A DNA stretch of 64,000 nt. It comes from Corallochytrium limacisporum Hawaii. Taxonomy: Eukaryota; Protista; Pluriformea. Shown here piece after piece: positions 22,921 to 36,408 of the stretch. Both the position numbers and the translations under genes were made by a program. The stretch is from the NCBI GenBank assembly GCA_002811645.1, contig PDIP01000015.1, positions 27,753 through 91,752 of the forward strand, written 5' to 3'. The stretch's first letter is position 1. Every line of letters starts with the position of its first letter. Under the pieces are notes generated by a model that saw only the letters and a program-made list of their open reading frames with translations, ran no database searches and had not been told where the DNA came from.

Positions 22921-23336
22921 GCGTAACGCTTCATCTCTTTATCATAACTTTGTTTAGGGTTATCGGGCTATTGACTTGCCACATGTCACGACTGTCTCTC
23001 TCAATGGGGTCATCTGATTGGCAAGCCAACCCAACATATTCATTCATCCATTGCATGAACTCAAACACAAACACAATCTTTTCACCTTTAGCATTCGTAG
23101 CATAACATTTCCAAACAACCTTAACTTGTCTCATGATGATCATGTACCGTGTTGGTCATGGGCAAACCTTTCTAATACGCAAATATATGCATAAGAAACA
23201 CATCGTTTTATAAGAAACTGAATGAGGGCTAAGTTGCATGTACTATTGTAGGCGACATCCTCTAAAAAGTGGTATGATGACAAGGGAGTCATTCAGACAA
23301 TCCATTAAATGGTCGGAAGCTCAGGTCGATGAGTGA

Positions 23337-24107
23337 TCAGTTCTCGAGAATGACCCAGACCTCGTTATGGCGCTTCCAGAACTTGAAGGGTGAGTCATAG
23401 CCTGCAAAGTAGAACGCCTTCGCGTTGAACTTAATGTCATGCTTAGACAGGACCTCAGCCAATTCTCTGACCTTGGCATGGATTTCCTCATCATTGGCGT
23501 AGCCGCCGAACTGGTTCACGACCACCTTCATCTCTGGAGACTCCTCAATAGAGACGTCGTTGTCGGTTGGAGTGGGCACCTTGGCACCCTCCTTCTGGTA
23601 GATGTACGGGTTATAGAATCCAACCTCTACCGTATCCTTACAGAACGGACCGTCGCCAGCTGTGATCTTGGCACGGACAGGGGCAGTCATGTCGATCTTC
23701 TGCTTGTCACTGTTATTGCCTCCGATGTACTTGAACAGCTTCATGAAGCCATCGCGAAGGGCATGCATCACAACCTTGCCTTCCTCGGTATCGACTGCCC
23801 ACTTGCCGGCCCTATAGGTACGGACCTCAAAGCCATCTATGTCTCCGTTCACCTGGTACGGAGGGCAATTCAAGCCATTGCAAAACGCAGGCTCTTTCCA
23901 AGTAGCAGTGCTCGTGGTGGTGGTGCTCGTGGTGGTGATGGTGCTACCAGGAACTACTACGGTTTCAGTGACAGTAACAGTTTCCGCGGCATAATCCTTC
24001 GTGGCGAGACCTGTGTCCGGGTAAGAATCCGGACGAGACACGCTGGCGCCCATAGCAAAAGCCACTAGGCAGGCAATGAAGAGAGGAAGAATGAAGCTCG
24101 GGCGCAT
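23337..24107 (-). CDS. SOUL/HEBP-family heme-binding protein with signal peptide and Thr-rich linker
   Basis: Hydrophobic N-terminus, PAFCNGLNCPPY, FMKLFKYIGGNN...KIDMTAPV, AGYDSPFKFWKRHNEVW. Confidence 0.92.
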   Translation of the reverse strand: MRPSFILPLFIACLVAFAMGASVSRPDSYPDTGLATKDYAAETVTVTETVVVPGSTITTTSTTTTSTATWKEPAFCNGLNCPPYQVNGDIDGFEVRTYRAGKWAVDTEEGKVVMHALRDGFMKLFKYIGGNNSDKQKIDMTAPVRAKITAGDGPFCKDTVEVGFYNPYIYQKEGAKVPTPTDNDVSIEESPEMKVVVNQFGGYANDEEIHAKVRELAEVLSKHDIKFNAKAFYFAGYDSPFKFWKRHNEVWVILEN

Positions 24108-24509
24108 AATGGGACTCAGGGCTCTATTGTACGCAATGCAAGCGGACCTGATGTCGATCGGTTATCGATCGTCAAGACTTCTCCTCCTCCTGTTATATAC
24201 CAATGATCTCGACAATTTCATAGAAAATCAAAGCCATGGGTATCCTCAAAGAACAGACATGCGATGACTCCTGTGGCACACTCTCACCTCATACTGACCC
24301 GCCTGCCAACTCAAGCGATTCACAGTTCAGACGCGTTCTGGGAGGGATCCCATCAGGATCAGAGATTCCTTAGCTGACAACAAGAAAACCACCGACCCAG
24401 ACCCGCCTGTTTTACGCTGTCCTTTCGACTAAGCGCTTGGTATGCAGAGGAGCTCGTTTGTGAAAAGAACACGGAAGAGAAGGGGAAAAAGAAAGGAGAA
24501 AGAAGGGGA

Positions 24510-24575
24510 GGGGGGGGGGGAGGAGGAGAGTAATGAGGGAGGGGGGGGGGGGGGGAGGAGGAGAGTAATGAGGGA
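24510..24575. repeat. Two-copy tandem repeat G(n)-AGGAGGAGAGTAATGAGGGA
   Basis: Copies at 24510-24540 (G11) and 24541-24575 (G15). Confidence 0.75.
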
Positions 24576-25417
24576 GTGAGGGGCGTGTCTGACACCGTCA
24601 GGACCGTTGGTGACCAGAGCGAGCTTTTTTCTAGCCCAACCTCCCCCTCCCCCCCCTCTCGCTTCCTTTCTGTTGTTGGTCTCGCATTCGCAGAGCAGGT
24701 ACCGAGTACTGGGCCTGTTCCCGGCACGTACGCCCCCGCGAGGTGGAGGGGAGGGGGCAGAAAAAGAGTCAACAATGAAGAGCCCAATATTGCTTCAAGT
24801 GCTTGCTGCACAGTCGGTGGTGAGTGGGGGAAGAGATGGAAAAAATTCTTCGGAAGAAAATGAACCACCGGACGGACACCGACTGGCTGATTTCACAGAA
24901 TGGGGTGATGGGAAACTGAGACTGGTAAAGGGGAAAGATCAGCAGCCTTCTGCAAACTGGCAACCACAGGCATTCACAGTAGGGAGAAGGGGGGGGGGAT
25001 ATCTGATTGACGGTCTGATGCGATTGTCTGTGGGCCTGAGATCACAGAGCTGAAACCCTTACTTACAGAGAGCCCCGAAGGGTTTGGTGGTGATGTTCGT
25101 GGCTAGCAGCCTAGTGCATGCACGGCGCACCGGCTTCTAGAACTTAGTGTTCCGAAATCCTCAGTTGAAACTCTTGTGGAAACGGGTTAGGTGATTAGTG
25201 CACACATAGCACGTCGCAAGTTCTATCGGTTTCTTGTATTAGAGTAATTAGATTGTACAAATACGTGATAACTGACGAGGGTCACTGTTGCGATCATTGC
25301 AAGCTCTGCTCAACAGAAATGTAGGCCCATCGACCGACGACCACTATATGATCCCCCGCATACTGGGTCCTTGCGGAGCAGTTGATGTGTCCGGAACCCA
25401 TGTGCTTGGCCAAACCA

Positions 25418-26065
25418 TTAGATCTTGAGAACCTTCCGGGTCTGGTCAACCAGGCGGCCGAAAGACTTGCGCACACCGGCTGTTCCGACATCAATGGCGT
25501 CCTCAAAGCGACCAACGTGCTTCGGGAACAGAGCATTGATGTAGATGGTGTAGATCACGCCTTGGCCGGTGCAGTAGCAAAGACTGCGAACCAAATCCAG
25601 GTTCAGATAGTACGCAAGCATGTACAAGACCCTCATGATCACGAAGCTCATGCACAAGTGGTCCAGAGTATCGGAAGGCACACCAGTCGCCGTTCCGATC
25701 AGAACGGCAGCAAGGAACGGTGCCATCGCCTCATTGTTGTTCTGATGAGCGGAGTATATGCGCAAAGCAAGACCTGACCTTTCCATACCACGCGGATGTG
25801 CGTTGGTGAACTTAGACTTACCGTTGTACAGGGCAGTAAGGGAGACAAAGGGCCAGTAGCTCACGGTGACCAAGATCTGGAGAGCAAGAATACACACGAA
25901 AGGGAACAGCTCAGGGTCCACGTCGTACTTGCCCAGCTGATACTTGAGTGCGCGCACCTGAGGCAGGAATGTCTGGTACTTGTTCATCAGAACAGAAGCA
26001 CCCAAACCGATGCCATAGAAGGCGGGGGTGGCGATGGACAGGAAGACAGACTCCATAAAGGTCAT
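25418..26065 (-). CDS. MAPEG-family membrane protein
   Basis: NAHPR...ALRIYSAHQNNNEAMAPF and FVIMRVLYMLAY; several TM segments. Confidence 0.85.
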   Translation of the reverse strand: MTFMESVFLSIATPAFYGIGLGASVLMNKYQTFLPQVRALKYQLGKYDVDPELFPFVCILALQILVTVSYWPFVSLTALYNGKSKFTNAHPRGMERSGLALRIYSAHQNNNEAMAPFLAAVLIGTATGVPSDTLDHLCMSFVIMRVLYMLAYYLNLDLVRSLCYCTGQGVIYTIYINALFPKHVGRFEDAIDVGTAGVRKSFGRLVDQTRKVLKI

Positions 26066-26965
26066 GGTTGCTGACTTGTGTGACTTGTGTGTGTTCCGAA
26101 TATACGAGAATCTGATGAGCCTCTACTGCGTCTTTCTGCATCGCAACTCGGAACCTTTCTCAAATACCCATAGTTTCCGAAGTGTGCTAAGACAAATTGA
26201 ATAACACATACATTGCTACCTGTCCTTATCCGAACGATCTCTATCCGGTACCGAAAAGCACATGTAACACTGGAAACAAGACATGGTTTTGCAGTCCCCA
26301 AACCGCTCCTACAGACCCAACAACAAGAGGAGGTCTTGGTAGTGTTGGAATTTACATCATCGTCAACCACCACTAGTAACGATTGCCCCCTTTTCAGAAC
26401 AACACGCCATCACTGCAAAACTCACGAACTTCTTTTCTCGGAAATCGTTCCAATGCGAAAACAAAGCAAACCAAGAGCCTTACCATTTGCCGCCTCTGTA
26501 TTGGGTGGGGGCCGGAACCGGGCCCGCCCGAGGGTCGGGCCTCGCCACCTGTCTCTGAACAGTAGTCCAATGGGACCGAGGGCCCCTCCTCCTTTTTCTT
26601 GCCCTATCATTTTGGCGCGCGTTTTTTCACATTGTTTCCAACCGGTAGACGTCTGGGAAAGCGGAAGGGGCAGTACTTTGGGTACCGGTGGAGATGACGT
26701 GCCTCTCCCTCCCTGGGGGGCCTCTGTTTGGGTATCAGAGTGCCGACGAGGGGGTGGGAGGTCCCAGCAACGGTGCAAGCCGGCGGGGGGAGTAATGGGC
26801 AGGCACACACGCAAAGGGTCTTTTTCGCAGGAATTGATGAAGAATGAGGCGAGCATGCACCCAGTATGGCAGCAGTATACCACGTGAGTCACTGTATTAC
26901 ATGTCCATGTGTGATGATCTTATTGTTACACGAGTTTTGACCATACAAGATTAGATGAGAGCCGG

Positions 26966-29791
26966 TCACCACAGCAGAGCAAAATTCTCTTGCTGGTCGA
27001 CAAGGTAGGCGACCCCCCCTGAAATTATAGTCACCGTGACCAGGCCGATGATCTCGGCCGCAATGGTCTTTGACTTGGATATCCCTTTGCCCAGCTTCGC
27101 ATCGTTGTCCATGGTAGGTGTCTCGAATCGGAGAGGAATGGATGTGACCTCACGGTAACCCTCAACGTTGTTGACATGCTCGTTCTCCATGCGGAACCAA
27201 CCCCACATAGTCCGACGCAGCAATTCCATGAACGCATACAGCAAGGGCACAACCTGGGAATTGGAGTAGAAGAATGGATTCAGGGTGTTCGGAATCAATG
27301 ACATAGTCCAGAAGAATCGCAGGATGAAGTCGGCGATGGTGGCCAACAAGTAGCGCCAACCTGCGCCAAACATGGAACCGCGGCTAATGGTCAGCACCGT
27401 CTTTCTGCTGAACCGCAATCGCAGACCCCAATCCACATTGATATCCCACCAGAAGGAGTACAACGTACTGATGATCATAAGGCCCATCCACGCCAACCGG
27501 TATATGTTGTTCCAGGAGCTGCTGGCTGCAGAGTATTCGGGGTGAAACTGACCATACAAAATGACACACAGCGATAGCGCGTACTTGACAGCGTTGGGCA
27601 GATTCGGCCAACGCTTGCCAGTATCGTAGTACCGCCGGAGACATTGCATGAAGCGAAACCACAAGGGCAGAGCCACAAGGAGAGTTACTAGCCAGGGAAT
27701 CGACACAATCTGGTAGCCTGTATGCTTGTGTCGTCTGTAGTGACCAGTAAACACGTACAGAAACGCGTTTAGTAGCAAAGCAAAGATCTTCACCATCGAA
27801 GTCAAGAAATCAGCTACGTAGAAGTCAACGAAGCGAACACGGCCGAATGGGCTGATGAACACACTCACAAGAGTGTCCAGAAGAAATTTTCGACTGGCCC
27901 AGTGTGTTGTCAGGGGTAAGAAGAATTTGCCCAAAGTGTACATTAACAGACCAACTGGGATGGCCTTCGCTGGGATGAATTCGGCGATCAATCCCGCAGC
28001 GTGCGCGAAGAAGGCAATGAGGCATGCGAAATACACCAGAGACAGGCGGGTAGCTTCTCCGAAAGCCTGTACGAAAGTGAGACGGGTTCTCGGATCTAAC
28101 TCCAGCAGATACACGTAGTTGATCCGCGCCTTAGTCCAGACATACAAAGTGGCTCCCCAAAGCCAAGTCATGAGATACAACAGACCTACACTGGCGAACA
28201 CCGGAAAGGCCGCATGATACTCCGGTTTCTGCAATTGATCATAGTGCTGAATCCACATGTACAGCGCCCAGATAGACACACCCATAATCGCACCAAACTT
28301 TGCACCGAGCACAAAAAGGTCCCAGTCAGTGTGTTCACGCTGCTTCACCAACAGTGATGCCTTCGCCCGCACGATGTCTCCGTCTTCAAAGGCATTGGAA
28401 TACGCTTCCTCAGTGTCCTTTATCAGTCGATCGAGGCCAGAGTGTCTACTAAACTCACTACGTCCAACATCAGCCATTACTGTTCTTTTCATGCGGATAA
28501 TGCCGTTCTTGTCGTGTTTCTTGATGATCTTACTGAACGCAGTGTAGTTCAAAATACAAAAGTTACTCAAAAGGTTAAGGTATCGGTACAATTCAATGAA
28601 GGATCTACGAACGTGGAAGACTTCGTGGCCCTTCATCTCCCCTGCAATACCCGCATCCCGCACAAACTCGTCCAGCATTCCCTGATAGCTGGAGAGTTTC
28701 TCCAGGTAGAAGTCATTAATTTTCGTGAGCTCCGCTTTGACCATCTCGTAGAACTGCAATTCCAGCTCTTGTACGGTACGGCCATGCCGAGAACTGTGCA
28801 TAGAGAAGAGTCCTGGTCGTGCCAAGTTGACAAGAGGTCCACCGGAAGTGCTCGGCTGTGCTGGTTCATCGTCTTCATCGCTCGAAGTTGTGACTGGAAT
28901 AGGTTCATTGAAATGAAGCGCTAGCTTCAGTGCATCCACATCAATGGCCATGTGTTCCTTTGTAAGGGTGGTCTGCCGTGCTAGCTTACCTGGAGCCAGA
29001 TCCCAGGGCATGCTTTGGGTACTCCTTTCCATGGAACTTGGAGACACGGGTGGTGATGACACATGTTGTCCCGGTCTCGGTTGAGTCAAATGACGAATCG
29101 GAGTGATCTCGTGACCATGAGTAGTTGCACTCTTCGGCAGCCGAGCAGCCGTTGACGGCAAAGCTGGAGGATCGCTCTCTGCTCCACCGTGCGCCTCAGC
29201 ATCCTTACGCAGAAGGCTGCGCGAGCTCCGTGAAGAGTTTGCGCCAACGTCTCCCTCAGCCTCTGTGTCCCGGTTATACGACATGTCGCGGTCGCTCGCA
29301 CTAGCCATGCTGTCCTCTACTCCAGACGTAGTGTAGTTAACGTAGGGGTCGAACAAGCGTCGGGCACCCTTCAATGTGGCGACACCTGCGGACTGCTTCA
29401 TTGCTTTAGTACCGGTCCTGGGTTCGGTAGTGGCCTGCTTTCCGCTGGTGCCCCATCGTGGATGATCTTTCTCAAAATACTGCCGAAACTCATGCATTTC
29501 ACTGTCGTCTTCCACGGCTTGACGAGATGATGAGCTGTAAGTGCGCGATCTTCGCGACAGAAGAGGACGAGTTTCGCCCTCTTCACCCCCCGTAGATGCC
29601 CGTTTTCCTCTCGGTGGAGGTTGTGGTTTGGGAATGTTGTCATCAGAATCAGAGGCACTCGTGTAGTCGCCCATGGCCTGCACAGCTTTCTTGATTGCCT
29701 TGATCTGCTTCCGCAAACCTTTGTAGTCCAGATAATATTCGGCCCAGTCCTGGACGGCCTGGCTGGCCAACTGGGCGCCGAATTTCACCAT
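26966..29791 (-). CDS. XPR1: SPX-EXS phosphate exporter (XPR1/SYG1/PHO1 family)
   Basis: SPX start MVKFGAQL...YLDYKGLRK, ELTKINDFY, LNYTAFSKIIKKHDK; EXS motifs INYVYLLELD, DFYVADFLTS, RFMQCLRRY, RRTMWGWFRMENEH. Confidence 0.95.
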   Translation of the reverse strand: MVKFGAQLASQAVQDWAEYYLDYKGLRKQIKAIKKAVQAMGDYTSASDSDDNIPKPQPPPRGKRASTGGEEGETRPLLSRRSRTYSSSSRQAVEDDSEMHEFRQYFEKDHPRWGTSGKQATTEPRTGTKAMKQSAGVATLKGARRLFDPYVNYTTSGVEDSMASASDRDMSYNRDTEAEGDVGANSSRSSRSLLRKDAEAHGGAESDPPALPSTAARLPKSATTHGHEITPIRHLTQPRPGQHVSSPPVSPSSMERSTQSMPWDLAPGKLARQTTLTKEHMAIDVDALKLALHFNEPIPVTTSSDEDDEPAQPSTSGGPLVNLARPGLFSMHSSRHGRTVQELELQFYEMVKAELTKINDFYLEKLSSYQGMLDEFVRDAGIAGEMKGHEVFHVRRSFIELYRYLNLLSNFCILNYTAFSKIIKKHDKNGIIRMKRTVMADVGRSEFSRHSGLDRLIKDTEEAYSNAFEDGDIVRAKASLLVKQREHTDWDLFVLGAKFGAIMGVSIWALYMWIQHYDQLQKPEYHAAFPVFASVGLLYLMTWLWGATLYVWTKARINYVYLLELDPRTRLTFVQAFGEATRLSLVYFACLIAFFAHAAGLIAEFIPAKAIPVGLLMYTLGKFFLPLTTHWASRKFLLDTLVSVFISPFGRVRFVDFYVADFLTSMVKIFALLLNAFLYVFTGHYRRHKHTGYQIVSIPWLVTLLVALPLWFRFMQCLRRYYDTGKRWPNLPNAVKYALSLCVILYGQFHPEYSAASSSWNNIYRLAWMGLMIISTLYSFWWDINVDWGLRLRFSRKTVLTISRGSMFGAGWRYLLATIADFILRFFWTMSLIPNTLNPFFYSNSQVVPLLYAFMELLRRTMWGWFRMENEHVNNVEGYREVTSIPLRFETPTMDNDAKLGKGISKSKTIAAEIIGLVTVTIISGGVAYLVDQQENFALLW

Positions 29792-29883
29792 TGGATCTAG
29801 TTACTTTGTTGGTAGTGTGTAACTGTAACGAATCTGCCGGTGCTATCCCGGACACCGGAGGATATGTCCACAAAACATGGTGG

Positions 29884-29907
29884 CTCTCTCTCTCTCTCTC
29901 TCTCTCT
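29884..29907. repeat. (CT)12 microsatellite
   Basis: Perfect dinucleotide run upstream of XPR1. Confidence 0.85.
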
Positions 29908-30567
29908 ATCTGTCCTTCTTTCCTCTCCGTTGCACGATACCCACATGTACAGGCTGTTGCAATACTGTCACCGGTTTGAGAAATACCTTCATGGACTCGT
30001 ATGTGATCCTCAGAAGCGTCACGGACTTGATACTAGCTGATCACAGTGAGACAAAAACCATCCTTACCAACCCAGATATAACATCCACAATGAGTGTCAT
30101 TCTCTAATTGACCACACCTTGTCGGAGTCTCACTCAGGGAACCGCTATCGCTGCCATCACTCCTACACTGTCCTACACGCGCACAACAGCACTCCTCCCA
30201 GCACAGTCCCTACCACCACAACACACGGTCCCGCGCACCCATCCCGCTGCGGTTGGCGCTCTCCGTACTGAAATTACGGACGACGTGTCCACTGGCTTTT
30301 CGGGCCGGAAGAAAGGTGGCGAGGTTGGACGCGGGTGTGTTCTTTTTGTCCCTTTCGAAGTTGGGGTGCGGACTCATTATCACCCCGAGAAGTTATGCGT
30401 GAAATTTTAGAGGCTTCTTTTCTTTATCACAGAGATGTCGGAAGGGGACAATGAAGACTGCATATATTAATCACCGAGTGTACAAGGTCGCGCAGAGATA
30501 TCAGTAGTGCAGGAATGGTGAGATGCCTTATCACTAGGTTCTTCCTGCCCGTAACCCGACCAAGGCC

Positions 30568-30591
30568 CCCTCCCCCCCGGGGGGGGGAGGG
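30568..30591. promoter_or_regulatory. Palindromic CCCT-C7-G9-AGGG element
   Basis: Inverted repeat in the XPR1/TTLL9 divergent interval. Confidence 0.4.
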
Positions 30592-32017
30592 AGTGTGGGG
30601 GTGTGGGGGTGGTGTCGTCGGAATGGATAAAAAGATTCAATGTTTACCTTGCACTCTTTACCTATTCTTTCTTTCCTTTTTTCCTTTTTTTTTTTTTTTT
30701 GGCTTTGCTTTTCCTTTTGGGCTTGTTTCCTTGCATTTCTGAGGAAAAGGGAGGGGTTCAACCCACCACCCGAACCCACTCGGGGGTCAGACCAAGCGTC
30801 ACACACACACTCGCACACAAATCCCGCAACACTTACTCACTCACCGACCGTGGGTGTGAGAGGGGTCGCGGGTACGTCCCCGGATCCAACCGGTCGAGAC
30901 GCAAGACCTCAGGGCCAACGCAGGCACCTCTGGGTGAGGGCTTGATGCTGTACCTACCTTTCCGAAGAGGAATTGTGCCTTGTCGTATCTCGTTAGACGA
31001 TGCTTAAAACACAGAAAAATGACATCCTGTGGTAGTCGACGCAGGATTTAGAGAGCGTCCCAGGCCACCTCTGCGCATCGGCTACGCAGTGGCCCCGCTC
31101 GCAGAACACCGGGGCCCCTTCCCTGTTATCTTTATTCCACAATTGGTTTCGCTGCCGTGAGCATGGTATTCCGCATGATTGTTCAGTTTCAATGCTGTGA
31201 CAGACAAACGTGGAGTTTACCAGGACGCATATCTGAGAATGGTCTGTTTAATATGTTTCATTTTGTTTGGACGTTACACACCGAACGGGTGAATTCGAAA
31301 CCCCGTTCACCGTTTCTCATCGTCGTCCCCATTCCACCCTGTCCTGCCTTTCCACAAAAGGTTTACACACGACCCTGTGACTTCCTGCTTTAAAAACTAC
31401 TATGCTCACACCGCACTAACTGTTACAACACAGCACGACAGCCATGCAGACCTGAGCAGCAGTCGCTGTGGTTGACGAGCAGCCGTCCGGCTGTCCGGTC
31501 CCTACCACCCACATGAGGTCGTTGGGGCGAATTGGCGCGCAGCAGATGTGGTCACCGGGGAAATCGGATCCAGCCACATCGGGGGCCTAATTTATGCGCA
31601 GCGCACCCACCTTCCGTAGCGACCTGACGGTTATGTCGGCTACCTATAGAGAGTATCGGATGGGCTCGGGGAGGGAAGGCGGGTTTTGCGTCACTGTGCA
31701 AAGCGGGGAGGCACTCTGGGCTTGTACGCCCAGAGCTAGGGGAAGGGGGGGGGGGTCTCAAGCCTGGGGGTGAGTCGACAACGGCGGTTGAGTGGGAAAG
31801 GAACGGTAACATGCCGATCTAGGCGATAAAGACGAGATGGTCGGGTATTTTCTTTGCAAGTATCAGGCCTAAGTTCCCAGTAGCTACTGCCATGTTTCAA
31901 GATGGCAGATCCTCCGCACCAAACAGGCAGTCCAAACTATTTGGAATAGCTGGTCAGTGGAATGAGCATGACTAACTAACGACGGTCAGGAGTCTTGCAA
32001 ACTTCAGTACCAACGAC

Positions 32018-33490
<1,473 letters not shown>

Positions 33491-33641
33491 TGCTAAAACA
33501 AAGGATATTACAAATATGTTATGATTATTCGCTTGTGCCTTCCCCCCTTTTTTTTGTTTTGTTCATGTACAAGTACGCAAACAGCGACCGTGTTGGACAT
33601 ATTATGATGACAATAAAGGGCACTTTCCGATCCTGGGTCGT

Positions 33642-35228
33642 CTATGTTGACGAGTGCATGCTAGACTTGGTCTCGTAAGTCTTCCAGACCTTCTGACTTT
33701 GCTCCAAGAAATCCATTTGCAACTTACCGAAATCGTTCAGCAGCTCCTTCATGTTTTCTTGCTTGATGGCTGTGAAGGCGTGAAGTTCCGCACTAATGGT
33801 GTCATTGCTCTCCTTCAGGTGTTTCTCGCTGAGCTCCCGATGATCCTTTGCAAACTCAAGCTCCATATCCAGCCGCCGCAACTTCTCTTCACGTTGTTGC
33901 TGAGGATCACCCTTGGACCGCTTCAAGAAAGATGGCAGCCCCGTCTTCATGCCACCTCCTCCCTTGACAGTGGCAATTTCGGCTTCCTTTCGGTAGACTG
34001 CTTCCTGCGCTTGCTCATACTGGCTCTCAATTTGGTCCCGACGCTTGAGCAGCTCGATGCAGGCATTGCTGAAGTCCGCGTTGAATTGAGCAGGATCACA
34101 CAAGTTCGTGTCAATGAGGTGGCTGCAGTCCGCAACCAGCTTAGAGTACCGTTCTGTCGTGGTGGCCATAGCGTTTAGCAACTCTTGCAGCTGTGGATCT
34201 GCGTGGGCCACGTTAGTGAACTGTGGGCTCAGCTCAGCAAAGGCATCGGCCATGTCTTTGGACGCCTTGGCTGCCTTGGCTGCTTGCTTGGCCATACGGT
34301 GCACACTCGCCTCAAAGGTCTGCAAATCCGCATAGTAGGACGCGAATCGCTGATCGGGGTTCTTGGCATGTGCAGTGGGTCCCAATTTGCTCATGCTCGA
34401 ACTCAGCCCCTCCAGGAAACCCGATTCCTTCTTGGTCGTATCACTATCCCAGTAGGTGCCTTCCAAAAACTTGACCACATTGTCATCCATGACGAGCTTC
34501 GGGTGCTCCACCACAGCAGTTACGAATCGCTGCAGGTACTTGGCACGCTTGGACAGGAACTCGCTGCCGAAGCGATCCAGGTCGCTCCACTGACCTTTGG
34601 CCGGAATAGGCGGGATGAGGCACGTTGGGTTTTTCTTAGCCAGACGGTTGCGCAGAACGTAGAAATCATTGTAGCGTCGGCTGGTGGTCATCTGCCGTTT
34701 ACCGAAATGTGCCATGGTTGTGCGTGTGTTGACGGTGTAGGTCACGTACGCACTCCGGCCGTCCGTTTTCTGGAAGTCCGTAATACTCACTTCAATGGTA
34801 CCGTCGGGACGACTCCGGGGCACAGAAGGCGCGGCAGCCGGACCATTAGACCCATTGGACAAAACCGGAGCGGCGCTCTTCTCCTCAGCCCGCGGAGACA
34901 TAGAGTCCGCCGTCGGAACCGGGGGCCGGGCAGGCGGTGGACCGGAGTCCTCACGCGCCGCGGCCACCGGGACCTGCTGCGCAGGCTGCTCTGGAGCCGG
35001 CGCAGCGACAGGAGCAGCCACTGGGGTTGCAGTGGTCTCCAAGGGTCCGCCATTGGCCTCCAGTGCGGCTGTCGGAGGTGGTCCAAAGTTGGATGTCACT
35101 GGTTTTGATGTGGGTTCGTTGAGGTCGACGTCATCGAAGAGCTTGTCATTCGTTGTTGGGGCCTGAGTCTCATCCTTTGTAGGCTCTGCGACGTCTCCGA
35201 AGAGAGGATCATTGCCCGAAACATCCAT
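33642..35228 (-). CDS. PX-BAR sorting nexin (SNX4/7/30-like)
   Basis: PX motifs YVTYTV, SRRYNDFYVLR, LIPPIPAK, KRAKYLQRF; helical BAR-like C-terminus; Pro/Ala-rich N-terminus. Confidence 0.9.
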   Translation of the reverse strand: MDVSGNDPLFGDVAEPTKDETQAPTTNDKLFDDVDLNEPTSKPVTSNFGPPPTAALEANGGPLETTATPVAAPVAAPAPEQPAQQVPVAAAREDSGPPPARPPVPTADSMSPRAEEKSAAPVLSNGSNGPAAAPSVPRSRPDGTIEVSITDFQKTDGRSAYVTYTVNTRTTMAHFGKRQMTTSRRYNDFYVLRNRLAKKNPTCLIPPIPAKGQWSDLDRFGSEFLSKRAKYLQRFVTAVVEHPKLVMDDNVVKFLEGTYWDSDTTKKESGFLEGLSSSMSKLGPTAHAKNPDQRFASYYADLQTFEASVHRMAKQAAKAAKASKDMADAFAELSPQFTNVAHADPQLQELLNAMATTTERYSKLVADCSHLIDTNLCDPAQFNADFSNACIELLKRRDQIESQYEQAQEAVYRKEAEIATVKGGGGMKTGLPSFLKRSKGDPQQQREEKLRRLDMELEFAKDHRELSEKHLKESNDTISAELHAFTAIKQENMKELLNDFGKLQMDFLEQSQKVWKTYETKSSMHSST

Positions 35229-35642
35229 GTTTACTCTTTGTTTAGTTTACTTCCCGATTTGGGATCTGTGCGGTCCTGTTGTGTCTTTCAGCGGCTTTCT
35301 GAACCTGTGGCCCGGAAACGCCTAAACAAAACCCTGTCCCGTAGTGCAATACACAAACGCACTGAGATTGTATATAGGAACACGACGCTTTGTACTGAAG
35401 AAACAAAAAACACCGGAGTTCCTCTTTAAGTACCGCGAGCGGTTGAGTCATGGAAATCCTTCTTTCTCTACTGTCCTCCCCGCTCCTTATCAGAAGGGAA
35501 GGGGGGGGCCCGCTCGGTCTTGGAGACCCATAGAATGACTATGGCAGGCCCCAAAAATCCTCCACCGGGAGAGTTGAAGGAGGCGGAGGAGCAGGAGAAG
35601 GGGGGGGGCGCTTGGGGGGCCCGGTACCCAAAGGCTCTCGTA

Positions 35643-35702
35643 CCCCCCCCCGGGGGGGCCCTCTCCGCCCAAGCGCCGCTCTCCCCCGGGCCCCCCCCCC
35701 GG
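35643..35702. promoter_or_regulatory. C9G7 and C5G3C10 elements upstream of the sorting nexin
   Basis: C run 35643-35651 joined to G run 35652-35658, about 420 nt upstream of the ATG. Confidence 0.4.
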
Positions 35703-35739
35703 CTTGCGGAGTAGGGGAGAAGGAAAGCAACGAGTGAGG

Positions 35740-35935
35740 GAGAGACACAGAGAGACACAGAGAGAGAGAGAGGGAGAGAGAGAGCAAGCCTTGACTGGGG
35801 AAGGAGCCGCACCCAAGATAAAATCACACAAAAGGGTCAGCATCCTCCGGCAACAGTGTTGTGACATACTACACGCTGGCATTTCCGACCGTCCGTGGGT
35901 CCAGTTGAGGGCGGTGTGTGTGTGTGTGTGTGTGT
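35740..35935. repeat. (GA)n and (GT)11 microsatellites
   Basis: GA-rich tract at 35740-35784; GT run at 35914-35935. Confidence 0.8.
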
Positions 35936-36408
35936 ATGCGTCCGTGTTTTCGTCGTCCTGGGCGTAACAACGCATTCAACATCGTCTCCAGCTCGTGCCC
36001 TGGGTCATTCGTGCTGCAAACCATCCCGCCTCATTGACGCACGGAATGATCAAAATGGACGGTTGTGTCCAGCGGGACAAAGTCGCACACAGACACTCGC
36101 GTACGTACGCACTGCAAAGGCAGGACCTGCAAAGCACACAGGCCATGATCTGAGAGAAAGAAGCAGGAAGCAACGTTTGATCATGTTGCACCGGGCAATC
36201 GTAAAGGAACAACAAACCAAAAACCTGAATCAAAAAATCATGACGTTCTCCTCCCTTTTTTTCTCTTTTTTTCTTTTTCAAATGTTACCATTCCTTCCAT
36301 TCGTGCCCATTCCTCGCGGGCCGCCCGTTGGTTAATTATGGGTCCTGTAGCCTGGAAGAAATAATGCCTGGTCAACACCACTTCGCCGGTCCTTTAGGCT
36401 AAACCCGC

